This document shows, piece after piece, positions 8,882 through 19,356 of a stretch of DNA of 32,000 bases (its first letter is position 1; the number at the start of each line of letters is the position of its first letter). The notes under the pieces are model-generated. The model did not search any database. It was not told where the DNA came from and worked only from the letters and a program-made list of their open reading frames with translations. Made by a program: the position numbers and the translations under genes. This DNA is from Clostridiales bacterium (lineage in GTDB: Bacteria > Bacillota > Clostridia > Christensenellales > Aristaeellaceae). The stretch lies in the NCBI GenBank assembly GCA_004556155.1, contig SFIM01000005.1, positions 5,705-37,704 on the forward strand, written 5' to 3'.

Positions 8882-10195
8882 ATGGACGAATTTACCTTGA
8901 TTTGCGCCGCTGTGCGCGCAAGCTACGCTCGCGTCGGGAGGCCGGGCTGTGTGATCGCCGCCCTGTCCGGCGGCGCGGATTCCGTGCTGCTGCTGCGGGC
9001 GCTGCGGACGCTGCGCGAAGAAACGCCATTTGAGCTGCGGGTCGTGCACGTCAATCACGGCCTGCGCGAAAACGCGGCGCTGGACGAGACCTTCTGCCGC
9101 GAGCTATGCGCCAAGTGGCATATTCCGCTTGCGGTGTTTCATGTACAGGTAGATTCCCATGGCAGCACGGAGGATGCTGCGCGCCGTGCGCGCTATGCGG
9201 CCTTTGAGCAGGCGATGCCTGCGGGTCAAGCCGCCGTGCTGGCGCTGGCACATCATATGGATGATCAGGCTGAAACGGTGCTGATGCATCTGATCTATGG
9301 CAGCGGCATGGCCGGGTTATCTGGCATGCGGGAGCTGAGCGGCGCTTTCTGGCGGCCGCTGCTTAGCGTCCGCCGCACGCAGATTCGAGACGCTTTGACG
9401 GCACTCCATCAGCCCTGGCGTGAGGACGAAAGCAATCAGGATACAGCCTATACGCGCAATCATCTGCGCGCGCGGGCTTTGCCTGCCTTGGAGCAGGCAA
9501 ATGCGTCTGCCGTGCCTGCCATTTGCCGCGCGGCTGATATCCTGCGGCAGGAGGACGGCTTGCTCAATCACCTGGCGCAGGATGCGCTTTCGGGTGCGTG
9601 CGGCAGAGGAATGCATCGCTTTATCTTGCTGACGGCGCTGACGGATCAGGAGCCTGCCATGCAGCGCAGAATGCTGCGCGTTTATGCAGCGGAGGCCGGC
9701 CTTGCGCTGGATTATGAACAGACCGAGCGCCTGCGCGCGCTGCTGGATAGAGCAGATGGCAGTTATGCGAATGTGCCCGGCGAGTGGCGCGCTTTACGAA
9801 CAAGAACGCGCCTTCATCTGCTGCCGCCCAAGGCCGACGCCTGCACGCTGGATGCGAATGCGCTGTGTATACTGCCTTTTGCAGGCAAGCGCGGCGATGG
9901 ACGGCTGACGCAGGTTGCTCCGGAGAACGTACTTGCGCGCGGAATTGAGCTTCGCACACGTCAAACGGGCGATTTTATCCGGCCGTTTGGCATGCAGGGT
10001 TCAAAAAAACTAAAGGACTACCTGATTGACCGGCAGATCGACCTGCCATTTCGTGACGACTGGCCGCTGGTGTGCCAGGGCAGCGAGGTGCTGTGGGTAA
10101 TCGGCGTGGGCGCGTCTGAAACGCTGCGCACGGCGCCGGGGGATCAGGCAGCCAAATTGCTGGCGTATACGGGCATCCTGCCCGACGCAATATAG
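8882..10195 (+). CDS. tilS: tRNA(Ile)-lysidine synthetase TilS
   Basis: PP-loop ALSGGADSVLLL, HVNHGLR, and the C-terminal TilS substrate domain ([25 protein letters not shown]). The canonical tilS-hpt-ftsH order supports the call. The alternative GTG start at 8855 has no RBS. Confidence 0.85.
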   Translation: MDEFTLICAAVRASYARVGRPGCVIAALSGGADSVLLLRALRTLREETPFELRVVHVNHGLRENAALDETFCRELCAKWHIPLAVFHVQVDSHGSTEDAARRARYAAFEQAMPAGQAAVLALAHHMDDQAETVLMHLIYGSGMAGLSGMRELSGAFWRPLLSVRRTQIRDALTALHQPWREDESNQDTAYTRNHLRARALPALEQANASAVPAICRAADILRQEDGLLNHLAQDALSGACGRGMHRFILLTALTDQEPAMQRRMLRVYAAEAGLALDYEQTERLRALLDRADGSYANVPGEWRALRTRTRLHLLPPKADACTLDANALCILPFAGKRGDGRLTQVAPENVLARGIELRTRQTGDFIRPFGMQGSKKLKDYLIDRQIDLPFRDDWPLVCQGSEVLWVIGVGASETLRTAPGDQAAKLLAYTGILPDAI

Positions 10196-10209
10196 GGAGG
10201 GGAATACCA

Positions 10210-10767
10210 ATGGAAAATCAGTTTTCGCAGTATCAGGATCTGGAAAAAATAATGATTACCAGAGATGAAATTCAGACGCAAGTGAAAGAAGTTGCAAAGC
10301 GGATCAGCGCCGATTATCAGGGAAAAACGCCTGTGGTTGTGTGCATTCTCAAGGGCGCGGTGATGTTTTTTGCCGATTTGCTGCGTGAGCTGGATTTCCC
10401 GCTGGTTACGGATTTCATGGCCATTTCCAGCTATGGCAGCAGCACCAAATCCACCGGCGTTGTAAAGCTGGTGAAGGATCTGGATCGTGACATCTGCGGC
10501 CGTGATGTGCTGGTGGTAGAGGATATCGTGGACAGCGGCATGACCCTTTCTTATATAAAAAAGGAATTTGCCCAGCGCGGCGCGGCCAGCGTGCGCATTG
10601 CGACGCTGCTGGATAAGCCGGCCCGCCGCCGGGTGGAGCTGGATGTGGACTATTCCTGCTTTGTCATTCCCGATGCTTTTGTGGTGGGTTACGGCCTGGA
10701 CTATGATGAAAAGTATCGCAACCTGCCCGATATCGGCGTGCTGCATCCGAGAATTTACACCAAATAA
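10210..10767 (+). CDS. hpt: Hypoxanthine phosphoribosyltransferase
   Basis: [24 protein letters not shown]-binding [42 protein letters not shown]. Confidence 0.92.
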   Translation: MENQFSQYQDLEKIMITRDEIQTQVKEVAKRISADYQGKTPVVVCILKGAVMFFADLLRELDFPLVTDFMAISSYGSSTKSTGVVKLVKDLDRDICGRDVLVVEDIVDSGMTLSYIKKEFAQRGAASVRIATLLDKPARRRVELDVDYSCFVIPDAFVVGYGLDYDEKYRNLPDIGVLHPRIYTK

Positions 10768-10780
10768 GCCCATCGGCGGT

Positions 10781-10810
10781 TTGCAATATCTCCCACCGAT
10801 GTGGTATAAT
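10781..10810 (+). promoter_or_regulatory. Candidate promoter of ftsH with extended -10
   Basis: TTGCAA (10781-10786), an 18-nt spacer, then TGgTATAAT (10802-10810). Confidence 0.5.
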
Positions 10811-10847
10811 AGATTTGTACTGTATTTTTTTAAGGAGGATTTGTCCT

Positions 10848-12818
10848 TTGAAAAAGCCCTCTCGCGGCCTAATCGGCTATATCGTACTGATTGCCGCGTT
10901 CATCCTCATGGCCGTGCTGCTCTCCGGAGGCAAAAGCACGGGCGGCGAAATTACCTATCCTGATCTGCTTAAAAATGTGCAGGACGGTAAGGTAGAATAC
11001 GTCGCCGTTCGCGGGCAGAACCTGTACGGCCTGTACTACGATTCCGTGCGTTCCTATGCGGAATTCCCGGACAGCTACGATTTTTACTGCGTTATTGGCT
11101 CTGATTTTCTGGATACCCTGCGCACCATGGCCGCGGCGGACGCGGGTGTGGATCGCGCCATGATCAGCGAGGGCAACCTTGTTTTCTCCGGGAAATCGCT
11201 GGATATCATCTATCTTGCGCCTCTGACTACGCCCTGGATTCTGGAATGGCTGCCCTTCATCCTGATGATCGGGCTGATGCTGTTCTTCTGGTGGTTCCTG
11301 ATGCGTCAGCAGATGGGCGGCAACGGCAAGGTGATGAACTTTGGCCGCAGCCGTGCCCAAATGAGCGATCCGAGCAAAAACAAGATTCGCTTTGCGGACG
11401 TTGCCGGTGCTGTTGAGGAAAAGGAAGAGCTCAAGGAGCTGGTGGATTTCCTGCGCAATCCGCGCACCTATCTGGCCCTCGGCGCTCGCATTCCCAAGGG
11501 CGTGCTGCTGGTGGGCCCTCCCGGCACGGGTAAAACGCTGCTGGCCAAGGCTGTGGCTGGCGAGGCGGACGTGCCTTTCTTCTCCATCAGCGGTTCCGAC
11601 TTTGTTGAAATGTTCGTGGGCGTGGGCGCAAGCCGCGTGCGCGATTTGTTTGAGCAGGCCAAGCGCAATTCGCCCAGCATCGTTTTTATTGATGAAATCG
11701 ACGCGGTGGGCCGCCATCGCGGCGCGGGCCTGGGCGGCGGACACGACGAGCGCGAGCAGACCCTGAATCAGCTGCTGGTGGAAATGGACGGCTTTGCCGC
11801 CAACGAGGGTGTCATTGTCATGGCGGCCACCAACCGCCGCGATATTCTGGATCCTGCCCTGCTGCGTCCCGGCCGCTTTGACCGCCAGATTACGGTAAAC
11901 TATCCCGATGTGGACGGCCGCGTTGAAATTCTGAAGGTGCATTCCCGCGGAAAGCCCCTGGCGGCGGACGTCGATCTTGAAAACATCGCCAAGCGCACGC
12001 CCTTTGCCACCGGCGCGGATCTGGAAAACATCATGAACGAAGCTGCCATCCGTGCAGCGCGTGCGCGCAAAACGCAGATCGACCAGTCCATGCTGATCGA
12101 AGCGGTAGAGCGCGTGCAGATGGGTCCTGAGAAGAAGAGCCACAAGGTGCTTGAGGAAGACCGCAAGCTGGTTGCCTATCATGAGGCGGGTCACGCCATC
12201 GTGGGGCATTTCCTGCCGTTGTGCGATGAAGTACACACCGTTACCATCGTGCCCCGCGGCGGCGCAGGCGGCTTTACGCTGTCCCTGCCCTCCAAGGAGC
12301 TGGACAACATGAGCCGCAATCAGCTGTTGCAGCGCACGTCCATGATGCTGGGCGGCCACGCGGCGGAGCGGCTGATCTTCCATGACGTTTATACTGGCGC
12401 GCAGAGCGATTTGCAGCATGCCACCAGCACCTGCCGCGCGATGGTCACGCGCTTTGGCATGAGCGATAAGATCGGCACCATCTATCTGGATAGCGACCAG
12501 GAGGTCTTTGTAGGTGCGTCCTTTGGCCACTCTCGCGAATACAGCGAGGAGCTGGCCGCCAAGGTGGACGCCGAGGTGAGCGAGCTGCTTAAATCCTGCT
12601 ATCAGACGGCGATGGATACGCTGACCCAGCATCAGGACAAGCTCAACGGCCTGGCCGAGCTGCTGATTGAGCGTGAAACGCTGTCCCGCGGGGAGTTTGT
12701 GGCCTTTATGGAGGGTCGCCCGCTGCCTGAGAAGAGCAAGGGTGAGCCTGCCCAGGAACAGACCCAGCAGGCTGAAACTGCCGAACCTGCTGCCGCTGAA
12801 AATACGCCCAATGAATAA
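10848..12818 (+). CDS. ftsH: ATP-dependent zinc metalloprotease FtsH
   Basis: Walker [19 protein letters not shown], Walker [12 protein letters not shown], zinc site HEAGHA. The TTG at 10848 is 9 nt after AAGGAGG (10832-10838). The track start at 10815 (TTG) lies upstream of the RBS. Confidence 0.93.
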   Translation: MKKPSRGLIGYIVLIAAFILMAVLLSGGKSTGGEITYPDLLKNVQDGKVEYVAVRGQNLYGLYYDSVRSYAEFPDSYDFYCVIGSDFLDTLRTMAAADAGVDRAMISEGNLVFSGKSLDIIYLAPLTTPWILEWLPFILMIGLMLFFWWFLMRQQMGGNGKVMNFGRSRAQMSDPSKNKIRFADVAGAVEEKEELKELVDFLRNPRTYLALGARIPKGVLLVGPPGTGKTLLAKAVAGEADVPFFSISGSDFVEMFVGVGASRVRDLFEQAKRNSPSIVFIDEIDAVGRHRGAGLGGGHDEREQTLNQLLVEMDGFAANEGVIVMAATNRRDILDPALLRPGRFDRQITVNYPDVDGRVEILKVHSRGKPLAADVDLENIAKRTPFATGADLENIMNEAAIRAARARKTQIDQSMLIEAVERVQMGPEKKSHKVLEEDRKLVAYHEAGHAIVGHFLPLCDEVHTVTIVPRGGAGGFTLSLPSKELDNMSRNQLLQRTSMMLGGHAAERLIFHDVYTGAQSDLQHATSTCRAMVTRFGMSDKIGTIYLDSDQEVFVGASFGHSREYSEELAAKVDAEVSELLKSCYQTAMDTLTQHQDKLNGLAELLIERETLSRGEFVAFMEGRPLPEKSKGEPAQEQTQQAETAEPAAAENTPNE

Positions 12819-13683
12819 CTGGCATATGGAAGAGCATCAAGCAGATCTCCATATCCATACAACGGCCTCCGATGGCGTGCTTGCGCCATCGCAGGTCGTT
12901 TTCCGCGCAAGGGAACGCGGGCTTACCTGCCTGGCCATCAGCGATCACGATACCGTCGCCGGCATTGTTGAGGCGCAACGGGCCGCCGCGCAGGTTGAGA
13001 TAAGACTAATCCCGGCGGTTGAGCTCAGCACGGGCGGCGAGCAGGAGATTCACATTTTAGGTTATGGCGTGCCGCTAAACGATATGCGCCTGGAGGCATT
13101 TTTAAGCCGCATGGCACAGGAACGCATGGATCGTGCCGAGCGTATGCTTGCAAAGCTGTCCGCGCTGGGCATGCCGCTGGATAAGAATGAAATTCCCGTC
13201 AAAAACGGCGGCGTAATCGGCCGTCCGCAGATTGCCCGCGCCATGATTGCGCGCGGATACGCGGCAAGCGTGCAGGATGCATTTGAGCGTTATCTTGGCA
13301 AAGGGTGCCCAGCCTATGTGCCGCGAGAAATGCTGGATCCATCCCAGGCAATCGCGCTTTTGCGCGGCCTGCGCGCAGTGCCGGTGCTGGCGCATCCCGG
13401 CTTACTTGTTTGGCCGGACGATGTGCTGGCGCAGACACTGCCGGCATGGAGCGAAGCCGGGCTTCTGGGCATGGAGGTATACCACCCTGCCCATCTGCCT
13501 GATCAATTTGACAAATGGGCGGAATGCGCCCAGCGAAATCATTTACTTGTCACCGGCGGCAGCGATTTTCATGCCGAAGGGGATAAGCATGCGGATTTGG
13601 GCGCGATGTGCGCCTATTGGCCTGCGATGCATGCAGATGTGCAGCGCTTATTGGATACGATTGAAACATTGAAAGGAAACTGA
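12811..13683 (+). CDS. PHP-domain phosphoesterase (TrpH/YciV-like)
   Basis: [21 protein letters not shown]..., GGSDFH motifs of the PHP family. The ATG at 12811 overlaps the ftsH 3' end. ATG 12826 is an alternative start, and the track start at 12667 lies inside ftsH. Confidence 0.8.
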   Translation: MNNWHMEEHQADLHIHTTASDGVLAPSQVVFRARERGLTCLAISDHDTVAGIVEAQRAAAQVEIRLIPAVELSTGGEQEIHILGYGVPLNDMRLEAFLSRMAQERMDRAERMLAKLSALGMPLDKNEIPVKNGGVIGRPQIARAMIARGYAASVQDAFERYLGKGCPAYVPREMLDPSQAIALLRGLRAVPVLAHPGLLVWPDDVLAQTLPAWSEAGLLGMEVYHPAHLPDQFDKWAECAQRNHLLVTGGSDFHAEGDKHADLGAMCAYWPAMHADVQRLLDTIETLKGN

Positions 13684-13691
13684 TTTTCCGG

Positions 13692-15215
13692 ATGCAGAAC
13701 CAGGGATATCGCCCCGCGCCTCAAAAAGCACCCGCTGAACCGCCGCGTCCCCATAAGCGCCGTGAGCGGTTAATCCAGAAAAAGCGGATTTTCTTAGTTT
13801 GCTCGCTGACAGCCGTTGTCATCATCGTTGCGGCGGCTGTGGCAGCGATGACGCGAGGCGGCAACGAAGAGCGCCGCGCCTATAACGCCAGCCGTCAGAC
13901 GTTTCTGGACGGTATCTACGTGGACGGTATTTCGCTGGGCGGGCTAACCTACAATGAAGCCTGGGACGCAGTTTCAAAGCGCGTGCAGGAGTGGGAAAAC
14001 GCCTGGTCGCTGCAGATTGCCTGCAACGGTTTTGTCTATTCTACCGTTAACTACGCCGCGGCGGGCATCCATTTCGATTATGAGCAGATCGATAGCCTGC
14101 TGCAATCGGCCTGGGCCATCGGCCATACAGGCGGTTATGAGCAGTATCTTTCCGATGCGCAGCGGCTTGCGCAGGAAGCCTATCAGGGCTATATTGAACC
14201 GGCCGAGGGCTCGTCTGGACAAATCGAATATATCCTGCAGGTCATTGCAGAAAATGTATATCGTGCCCCGCAGGATGCGGCGGTTGCAGCCTTTGATCCT
14301 GCTAATGCCGAAGAACCTTTCACCTTTACCAATCCTGTTTATGGGCGCACGATTGATCAGGAAGCCGCGAAAGCAGAAATTCTGCGCCGCGCCGCAACGG
14401 GAGAAAGCGGCCGGTATGATATTCCCTTGGTCAGCATTGAACCGGAAGTTACCCTGGCGGATGCAAAGCAGAACGTGTCGCTTCTGGCCATGGCCTCTAC
14501 GGCCATAGACCGCGCATCTACCGAGATCAGAAACGCTAACATCGCCGTTGCTTTTGCCAAGATCAATGGCCTTGTTTTGGAAAACAATGCGCGCTTCAGC
14601 TTTAATAAAACGGTGGGCAAGCGCAGCGTTGAAAATGGCTATCAAGTGGCGCTTGGGTATGTGTCCGGGCAGCTGGTCGATGTGGTGGGCGGCGGCGTAT
14701 GCCAGGTAAGCACCACACTGTACAGCGCGGCTCTGTGCGCAGGCATGGCCATCACCAGCCGCACGCCGCATTCCATGCCGGTATCTTATATTTCTCTGGG
14801 GCAGGATGCGACGGTTAATGATATGCGCGGCCACGAAATTGATCTGGCTTTTACCAACAAGACTGGCGGGCGGGTATATATCACCGCAGGCATTGAGCCA
14901 ACGCCCTCGGGGCGCAAGCAGTGCGTGGTGCGCTTCTTTGGTCAGGCGATGCCGGATAACGCTACCTATAAGCTGGAATCCACCATCGTGGAAAAGCTGG
15001 AAATTCCAGAGGACATTATCAAAAAGGATAAGGACGCTAAATACGTTACCTATGAGGATCAAAAGCACAAAGTATCCAGCGGTTCCGAAGGGTATGTGGT
15101 AAAAACCTATCTGCAATATTGCAAGAATGGCGTGGTACAATCGCAAACGCTGATTTCTACCGATACGTACCGTGCACGAGCGGCCGTCTACTATGTGGGC
15201 GTAACACCGCGATAA
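13692..15215 (+). CDS. VanW-family protein with N-terminal membrane anchor
   Basis: Basic N-terminus plus TM helix (IFLVCSLTAVVIIVAAAVAAM). VanW core FSFNKTVGKRSVENGYQVALGYVSGQLVDVVGGGVCQVSTTLYSAALCAG...HSMPVSYISLGQDATV. G5-like C-terminus. Confidence 0.85.
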   Translation: MQNQGYRPAPQKAPAEPPRPHKRRERLIQKKRIFLVCSLTAVVIIVAAAVAAMTRGGNEERRAYNASRQTFLDGIYVDGISLGGLTYNEAWDAVSKRVQEWENAWSLQIACNGFVYSTVNYAAAGIHFDYEQIDSLLQSAWAIGHTGGYEQYLSDAQRLAQEAYQGYIEPAEGSSGQIEYILQVIAENVYRAPQDAAVAAFDPANAEEPFTFTNPVYGRTIDQEAAKAEILRRAATGESGRYDIPLVSIEPEVTLADAKQNVSLLAMASTAIDRASTEIRNANIAVAFAKINGLVLENNARFSFNKTVGKRSVENGYQVALGYVSGQLVDVVGGGVCQVSTTLYSAALCAGMAITSRTPHSMPVSYISLGQDATVNDMRGHEIDLAFTNKTGGRVYITAGIEPTPSGRKQCVVRFFGQAMPDNATYKLESTIVEKLEIPEDIIKKDKDAKYVTYEDQKHKVSSGSEGYVVKTYLQYCKNGVVQSQTLISTDTYRARAAVYYVGVTPR

Positions 15216-15261
15216 TTCTGCATAAATGCTGTTTAATGCGAAAAAATATGCATGCACTTTG

Positions 15262-15290
15262 TTGCATTGAACGCTACGCTATGCTATAAT
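15262..15290 (+). promoter_or_regulatory. Candidate promoter of argR-recN
   Basis: TTGCAT (15262-15267), a 17-nt spacer, then TATAAT (15285-15290). Confidence 0.5.
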
Positions 15291-15329
15291 GACTGCGTGT
15301 CACAAAATGTGGTGCGTAAGGAGAATGAA

Positions 15330-15779
15330 ATGAAAAACGCAAGACAAACTGCGATTTTAAGTATTATCGAGCATAACGACATCGAGACGCAGGAGGATTT
15401 GGCGGCGCGCCTGCGCGATATGGGTATTATGGTTACACAGGCTACCGTCAGCCGTGATATCAAGGAGCTGCGCCTGCTGAAGGTTCTTACGCCCAGCGGC
15501 GTCTATAAATATGCTACTGCCGCCAAGGCGGAACATGGCGTTTCCGAGCGCCTGGTGCGCATGTTTATTGATTCCGTCCTGTCCATCACCTATGCCGAAA
15601 ACCTGGTGGTCATTCATACCCTGGCTGGCAGCGCTAATGCCGCCGCCGAAGCCATCGACAGCATGCGATGGCCTGAAATTCTGGGCACCATGGCGGGCGA
15701 CAACACCATCTTTGTCGCTGTCCGCAGCGCAGCGGAAGCGCCGGTGGTGGTAGATAAGTTTCACGAAATTCTTCAATAA
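15330..15779 (+). CDS. argR: Arginine repressor ArgR/AhrC
   Basis: MKNARQTAILSIIEHNDIETQEDLAARLRDMGIMVTQATVSRDIKELRL (winged HTH) and C-terminal GTMAGDNTIFV. The ATG at 15330 is 6 nt after AAGGAG (15318-15323). The argR-recN pairing is conserved. Confidence 0.9.
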   Translation: MKNARQTAILSIIEHNDIETQEDLAARLRDMGIMVTQATVSRDIKELRLLKVLTPSGVYKYATAAKAEHGVSERLVRMFIDSVLSITYAENLVVIHTLAGSANAAAEAIDSMRWPEILGTMAGDNTIFVAVRSAAEAPVVVDKFHEILQ

Positions 15780-15818
15780 CGCAGGCGCAGAGCGCTGACG
15801 CACCAAGGAAGGGATGCT

Positions 15819-17519
15819 ATGCTGCTGCAGCTGTTTATCAAAAATATCGCGCTGATCGATCAAATTGAATTGTCCTTTGGCAAGGGCCTACATGTGATGA
15901 CGGGTGAAACGGGCGCTGGCAAGTCCATCGTGGTGGACGCCATGAGCCTGATCCTGGGCGGCCGTGCGGATCGCGATCTGATCCGCACCGGCTGTGACAA
16001 GGCCTATGCTGAGGGGCTTTTTGACATTTCGGATTGCCCGGCGGCGGCGCGCTGGTTGCAGGCACATGAGATCGACGCGGACGAAGGCACGGTTACGCTT
16101 TCGCGTGAGATCAATCAAAGCGGCCGCAGCATATGCCGCATCCAGGGCGTGGGTATGCCGCTGACGATGCTGCGCGAGCTGGCCGGCACATTGATGGATC
16201 TGCACGGGCAGCACGAGCATCAATCCCTGCTGGAAGATAAGAATCACCTTTCCTGCCTGGATGCCATGGGCGATGAGGCGCACGCTGCCCTGATGCGTGC
16301 GGCAGGGCAGGCTTATCAGGAATATCATGACGCTGCCCTTGCCTACAAGCGGCTCAAGCAGGAAAGCGCGCACCGTGAGGAGCGCTTGCAGGAGCTGCAG
16401 GAGCAGGAGCAGGAGCTTTCCGCCGCTAATCTGATCGAGGGCGAGGAGGAACAGCTGACGCAGGAGCGCGATCGTTTCCGCGCCAGCGAGAAGATTGCTC
16501 AAGGCCTGCGCGAGGCTTATACCGCCCTGTATGATCTGGCTGGCGGCCGCGCGGCCATCGAGCAGGCGCGCACCGCCATGCGCGCGCTGGCGCCTGTCGC
16601 GCGATACGGCAAGGAGTATGAGCGCCTTTCTCAGCGCGCGGAATCGCTTTACTATGATACCGAGGATTTGGGTCTCAGCATTCGCCAGGAGCTGGATACG
16701 CTGGATGATAATCCTGAGCGTGCCCAGCAGGTGGAGGAACGGCTGGATATGATCCGCAAGCTATCCCGCCGCTACGGCGCGACCATCCCTGAAATGCTGT
16801 CGGCGCTCGATCGTATCCGCGAAGAATTGTCTAAGTACGAAAGCATCGAGGATTCGCTTGAAAAGCTACACAAGCGGGCCGTGGAATCTGCTGCTGCCTA
16901 TGATGCCCAGGCAGCAAAACTGTCTCAATCCCGCAGGCAGCTGGCGCAGCGCTTTGCCCAACGCATGGAGGAGCAGCTGAGCGATCTGAACATGCGCGGC
17001 ACGCGGTTCTATGTGGATTTCGCGGCTGAAAACGCGCCGCGCAGCCCGCTGGGTACGGATAACGTGCGCTTCTTGATCGCGCCGAACGCGGGCGAGGAGA
17101 AAAAGCCGTTGTCCAAGATCGCATCCGGCGGCGAGCTTTCCCGTGTGATGCTGTCGCTCAAGGCGCTATCCGCCGAGCGCGCCGCCATTCCGTCCATGGT
17201 GTTTGATGAAATCGACACCGGCATTTCGGGACGCACAGCCCAGGTGGTGGCGCAGAAAATGTGGGATATCGCCCGCTATCGCCAGGTGATCTGCGTGACG
17301 CATTTGCAGCAGATTGCCGCCATGGCGACGCGCCATTATCTGATTCAGAAGGCCGAAAACAACGGCCGCACCAATACAAGTGTGACGGAGCTTACAGGCG
17401 AGGCGCGCGTGCGGGAGCTCGCGCGGATGCTCAGCGGCGTGAGTGAAAACAGTGAAAGCGGCCTGGCTCACGCGCGTACCATGCTCAGCGAGGCGCAGGC
17501 GTATCGCGAAAAACAATAA
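15819..17519 (+). CDS. recN: DNA repair protein RecN
   Basis: N-terminal Walker A MTGETGAGKSI, a long coiled-coil middle, and C-terminal SGGELSRVMLSLK signature with Walker B MVFDEIDTGISG. Confidence 0.93.
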   Translation: MLLQLFIKNIALIDQIELSFGKGLHVMTGETGAGKSIVVDAMSLILGGRADRDLIRTGCDKAYAEGLFDISDCPAAARWLQAHEIDADEGTVTLSREINQSGRSICRIQGVGMPLTMLRELAGTLMDLHGQHEHQSLLEDKNHLSCLDAMGDEAHAALMRAAGQAYQEYHDAALAYKRLKQESAHREERLQELQEQEQELSAANLIEGEEEQLTQERDRFRASEKIAQGLREAYTALYDLAGGRAAIEQARTAMRALAPVARYGKEYERLSQRAESLYYDTEDLGLSIRQELDTLDDNPERAQQVEERLDMIRKLSRRYGATIPEMLSALDRIREELSKYESIEDSLEKLHKRAVESAAAYDAQAAKLSQSRRQLAQRFAQRMEEQLSDLNMRGTRFYVDFAAENAPRSPLGTDNVRFLIAPNAGEEKKPLSKIASGGELSRVMLSLKALSAERAAIPSMVFDEIDTGISGRTAQVVAQKMWDIARYRQVICVTHLQQIAAMATRHYLIQKAENNGRTNTSVTELTGEARVRELARMLSGVSENSESGLAHARTMLSEAQAYREKQ

Positions 17520-17540
17520 ATGTCAATTCTGCCATGATCT

Positions 17541-17570
17541 GCGGCTTCTGGAAAATGAAGCCGCTTTTTA
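17541..17570 (+). terminator. Rho-independent terminator after recN
   Basis: GCGGCTTC (17541-17548), loop TGGAAAAT, GAAGCCGC (17557-17564), then TTTTTA. Confidence 0.8.
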
Positions 17571-17635
17571 TGTGATTTATTTTACAAAATTGTTTCGTTT
17601 GCATGTAATTCCTCTGTACGCGCAGGGGGAATTTG

Positions 17636-17644
17636 TGCTATAAT
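17636..17644 (+). promoter_or_regulatory. Extended -10 element upstream of maf
   Basis: TGcTATAAT at 17636-17644. I see no good -35 hexamer at 17-nt spacing. Confidence 0.3.
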
Positions 17645-17690
17645 ATGTTGTGCATCTTTTGGCATAGATGCGGAAAAGGAAAGCTTTGCA

Positions 17691-18260
17691 ATGCAGAATT
17701 CATTGATATTAGCATCCGGCTCGCCGCGCCGCAGGGAACTGCTTTCGCTGATGGGCATCACCTATCAAATATGCCCGGCGGATGTGGACGAGCATATGAA
17801 CGGCGCGCCGGACGAGGTTGTCATGGCGCTGTCTCGCCGCAAGGCGCTGGCAGTAGCTGAGCGGCATTCCGGCTGCACAGTGCTTGGCGCGGATACGCTG
17901 GTTGCCTGTCGGGGCGAAATCATGGGAAAGCCCCAGGATCAGCAGGACGCTATGCGCATGCTCATGCTGCTTTCGGGCGGCGAAAACAACGTCTATACCG
18001 GCGTAACCGTGATTGACGGCAAAACGGGCCGTGTCGATACGCGCTGCGATCAGACACGGGTGCACTTTGTTCCGATTACTCCCGAGGCCGCTCAGCGCTA
18101 CATTGACAGCGGTGAGCCTATGGACAAGGCTGGAGCTTACGGTGCGCAGGGGATGGGCGGCATGTTCGTATCCGCCATCGAGGGCAGCCCATCCAACGTG
18201 ATCGGGCTTCCTATACACCTGGTGCGGCAAATGCTGATGGAGATTGGTTGGCAACTATAA
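17691..18260 (+). CDS. maf: Maf-family nucleoside triphosphate pyrophosphatase (septum formation protein Maf)
   Basis: LILASGSPRRRELL, GADTLV, KAGAYGAQG motifs. It lies immediately upstream of mreB, as in many Firmicutes. Confidence 0.9.
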   Translation: MQNSLILASGSPRRRELLSLMGITYQICPADVDEHMNGAPDEVVMALSRRKALAVAERHSGCTVLGADTLVACRGEIMGKPQDQQDAMRMLMLLSGGENNVYTGVTVIDGKTGRVDTRCDQTRVHFVPITPEAAQRYIDSGEPMDKAGAYGAQGMGGMFVSAIEGSPSNVIGLPIHLVRQMLMEIGWQL

Positions 18261-18277
18261 TATAAGGATGTGCAGAT

Positions 18278-19330
18278 ATGGCAATTATCGCCCCCGATAT
18301 CGGTATTGATCTGGGCACTTCAAATACACTGGTCTATGTAAAGCACAAGGGCGTGGTGCTTAACGAGCCTACGCTGATGGTAGTAACCGGCGGCCAGAAG
18401 AAAAGCGTAAAGGCCTTTGGCGAGGACGCGCGCCTGATGCTGGGCCGCACCACGGGTGAATATCAATCAGTTCGCCCGCTTGAGGACGGCGTGATCAAAG
18501 ATTACGATATGACCGAGTATATGCTGGAGTTCTTCATCCGCAAGGCCATTGGCATGTCTCGGCTTGTTCGCCCGCGCGGGCTGATTACCATCCCCAGCCG
18601 CGTCACGGCAATCGAACGCCGCGCCGTGCGTGAGGCTGCCGAGAATGCAGGAATCCGCAAGGGCGCGCTGCACCTGATTGAAAAGCCCTTTGCTGCGGCG
18701 CTGGGCTCCGGGCTGCCGGTGTTTGAGCCGCGCGGCAGCATGGTGGTGGATATCGGCGGCGGCACCACCGAGGTGGCGGTCATATCGCTGGGCGGTATCG
18801 TGGTATCGCGCTCCGTGCGCGTGGGCGGCATTCGCATGGATGCGGCGATTATCAATTTTATCAAGCGTGAATTTAACATGCTGATCGGCGACCGCACGGC
18901 CGAGGATGTAAAGTTTGACTTGGGTGCGGCTCTGCCCATGAACGATGTGCGCCGTGCATTTGTACGCGGCCGTGACCTGGTGACTAACCTACCGCAGACG
19001 GCGGAAATCACCTCTACCATGGTTTATGAGGCGCTCAAAGCGCCATGTCAGGCCATTCTGGCCGCCATCCAGTATGTGCTGGAGCGCACGCCGCCCGAGC
19101 TTGCAGGCGATGTGATGCGCAGCGGCATCCACCTGACCGGCGGCGGCGCGCTGCTGTGTGGCATGGATCGCTTTATCGCCACCGAGCTGGATATGCCTGT
19201 GCTGCTGGCTAAGGAGCCCATGGATTGCGCGGCGCTGGGCATTGGCCAGCTTGCTGAGGATTTGGAGCTATTGCAGCGCATGTGCCAGAGCGCCCCGCAG
19301 CGCGATGACGAGGAGGAAACCACCTTCTAA
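18278..19330 (+). CDS. mreB: Rod shape-determining protein MreB
   Basis: DIGIDLGTSNTLVY, VVDIGGGTTEVAVISLGG, GIHLTGGGALL actin-fold motifs. Confidence 0.95.
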   Translation: MAIIAPDIGIDLGTSNTLVYVKHKGVVLNEPTLMVVTGGQKKSVKAFGEDARLMLGRTTGEYQSVRPLEDGVIKDYDMTEYMLEFFIRKAIGMSRLVRPRGLITIPSRVTAIERRAVREAAENAGIRKGALHLIEKPFAAALGSGLPVFEPRGSMVVDIGGGTTEVAVISLGGIVVSRSVRVGGIRMDAAIINFIKREFNMLIGDRTAEDVKFDLGAALPMNDVRRAFVRGRDLVTNLPQTAEITSTMVYEALKAPCQAILAAIQYVLERTPPELAGDVMRSGIHLTGGGALLCGMDRFIATELDMPVLLAKEPMDCAALGIGQLAEDLELLQRMCQSAPQRDDEEETTF

Positions 19331-19356
19331 TTCTTTAGCATTTTCGGAGGAAACGC

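Noticed and set aside
10768-10803. The imperfect hairpin CATCGGCGG...CCACCGATG after hpt as a terminator.
   Set aside because: Only 8/9 positions pair, the loop is 13 nt and contains the ftsH -35 hexamer, and there is no T-run. It is unlikely to be an intrinsic terminator, and tilS-hpt-ftsH read-through is common.
10869-12632. A 587-aa minus-strand ORF opposite ftsH.
   Set aside because: Same codon-aligned antisense phase as ftsH (10815 and 12630 are both divisible by 3). Low-complexity composition, and the sense strand is unmistakably FtsH.
13974-15257. A 427-aa minus-strand ORF opposite the VanW gene.
   Set aside because: Codon-aligned shadow of the VanW CDS (13692 and 15255 are both divisible by 3), with no motifs.
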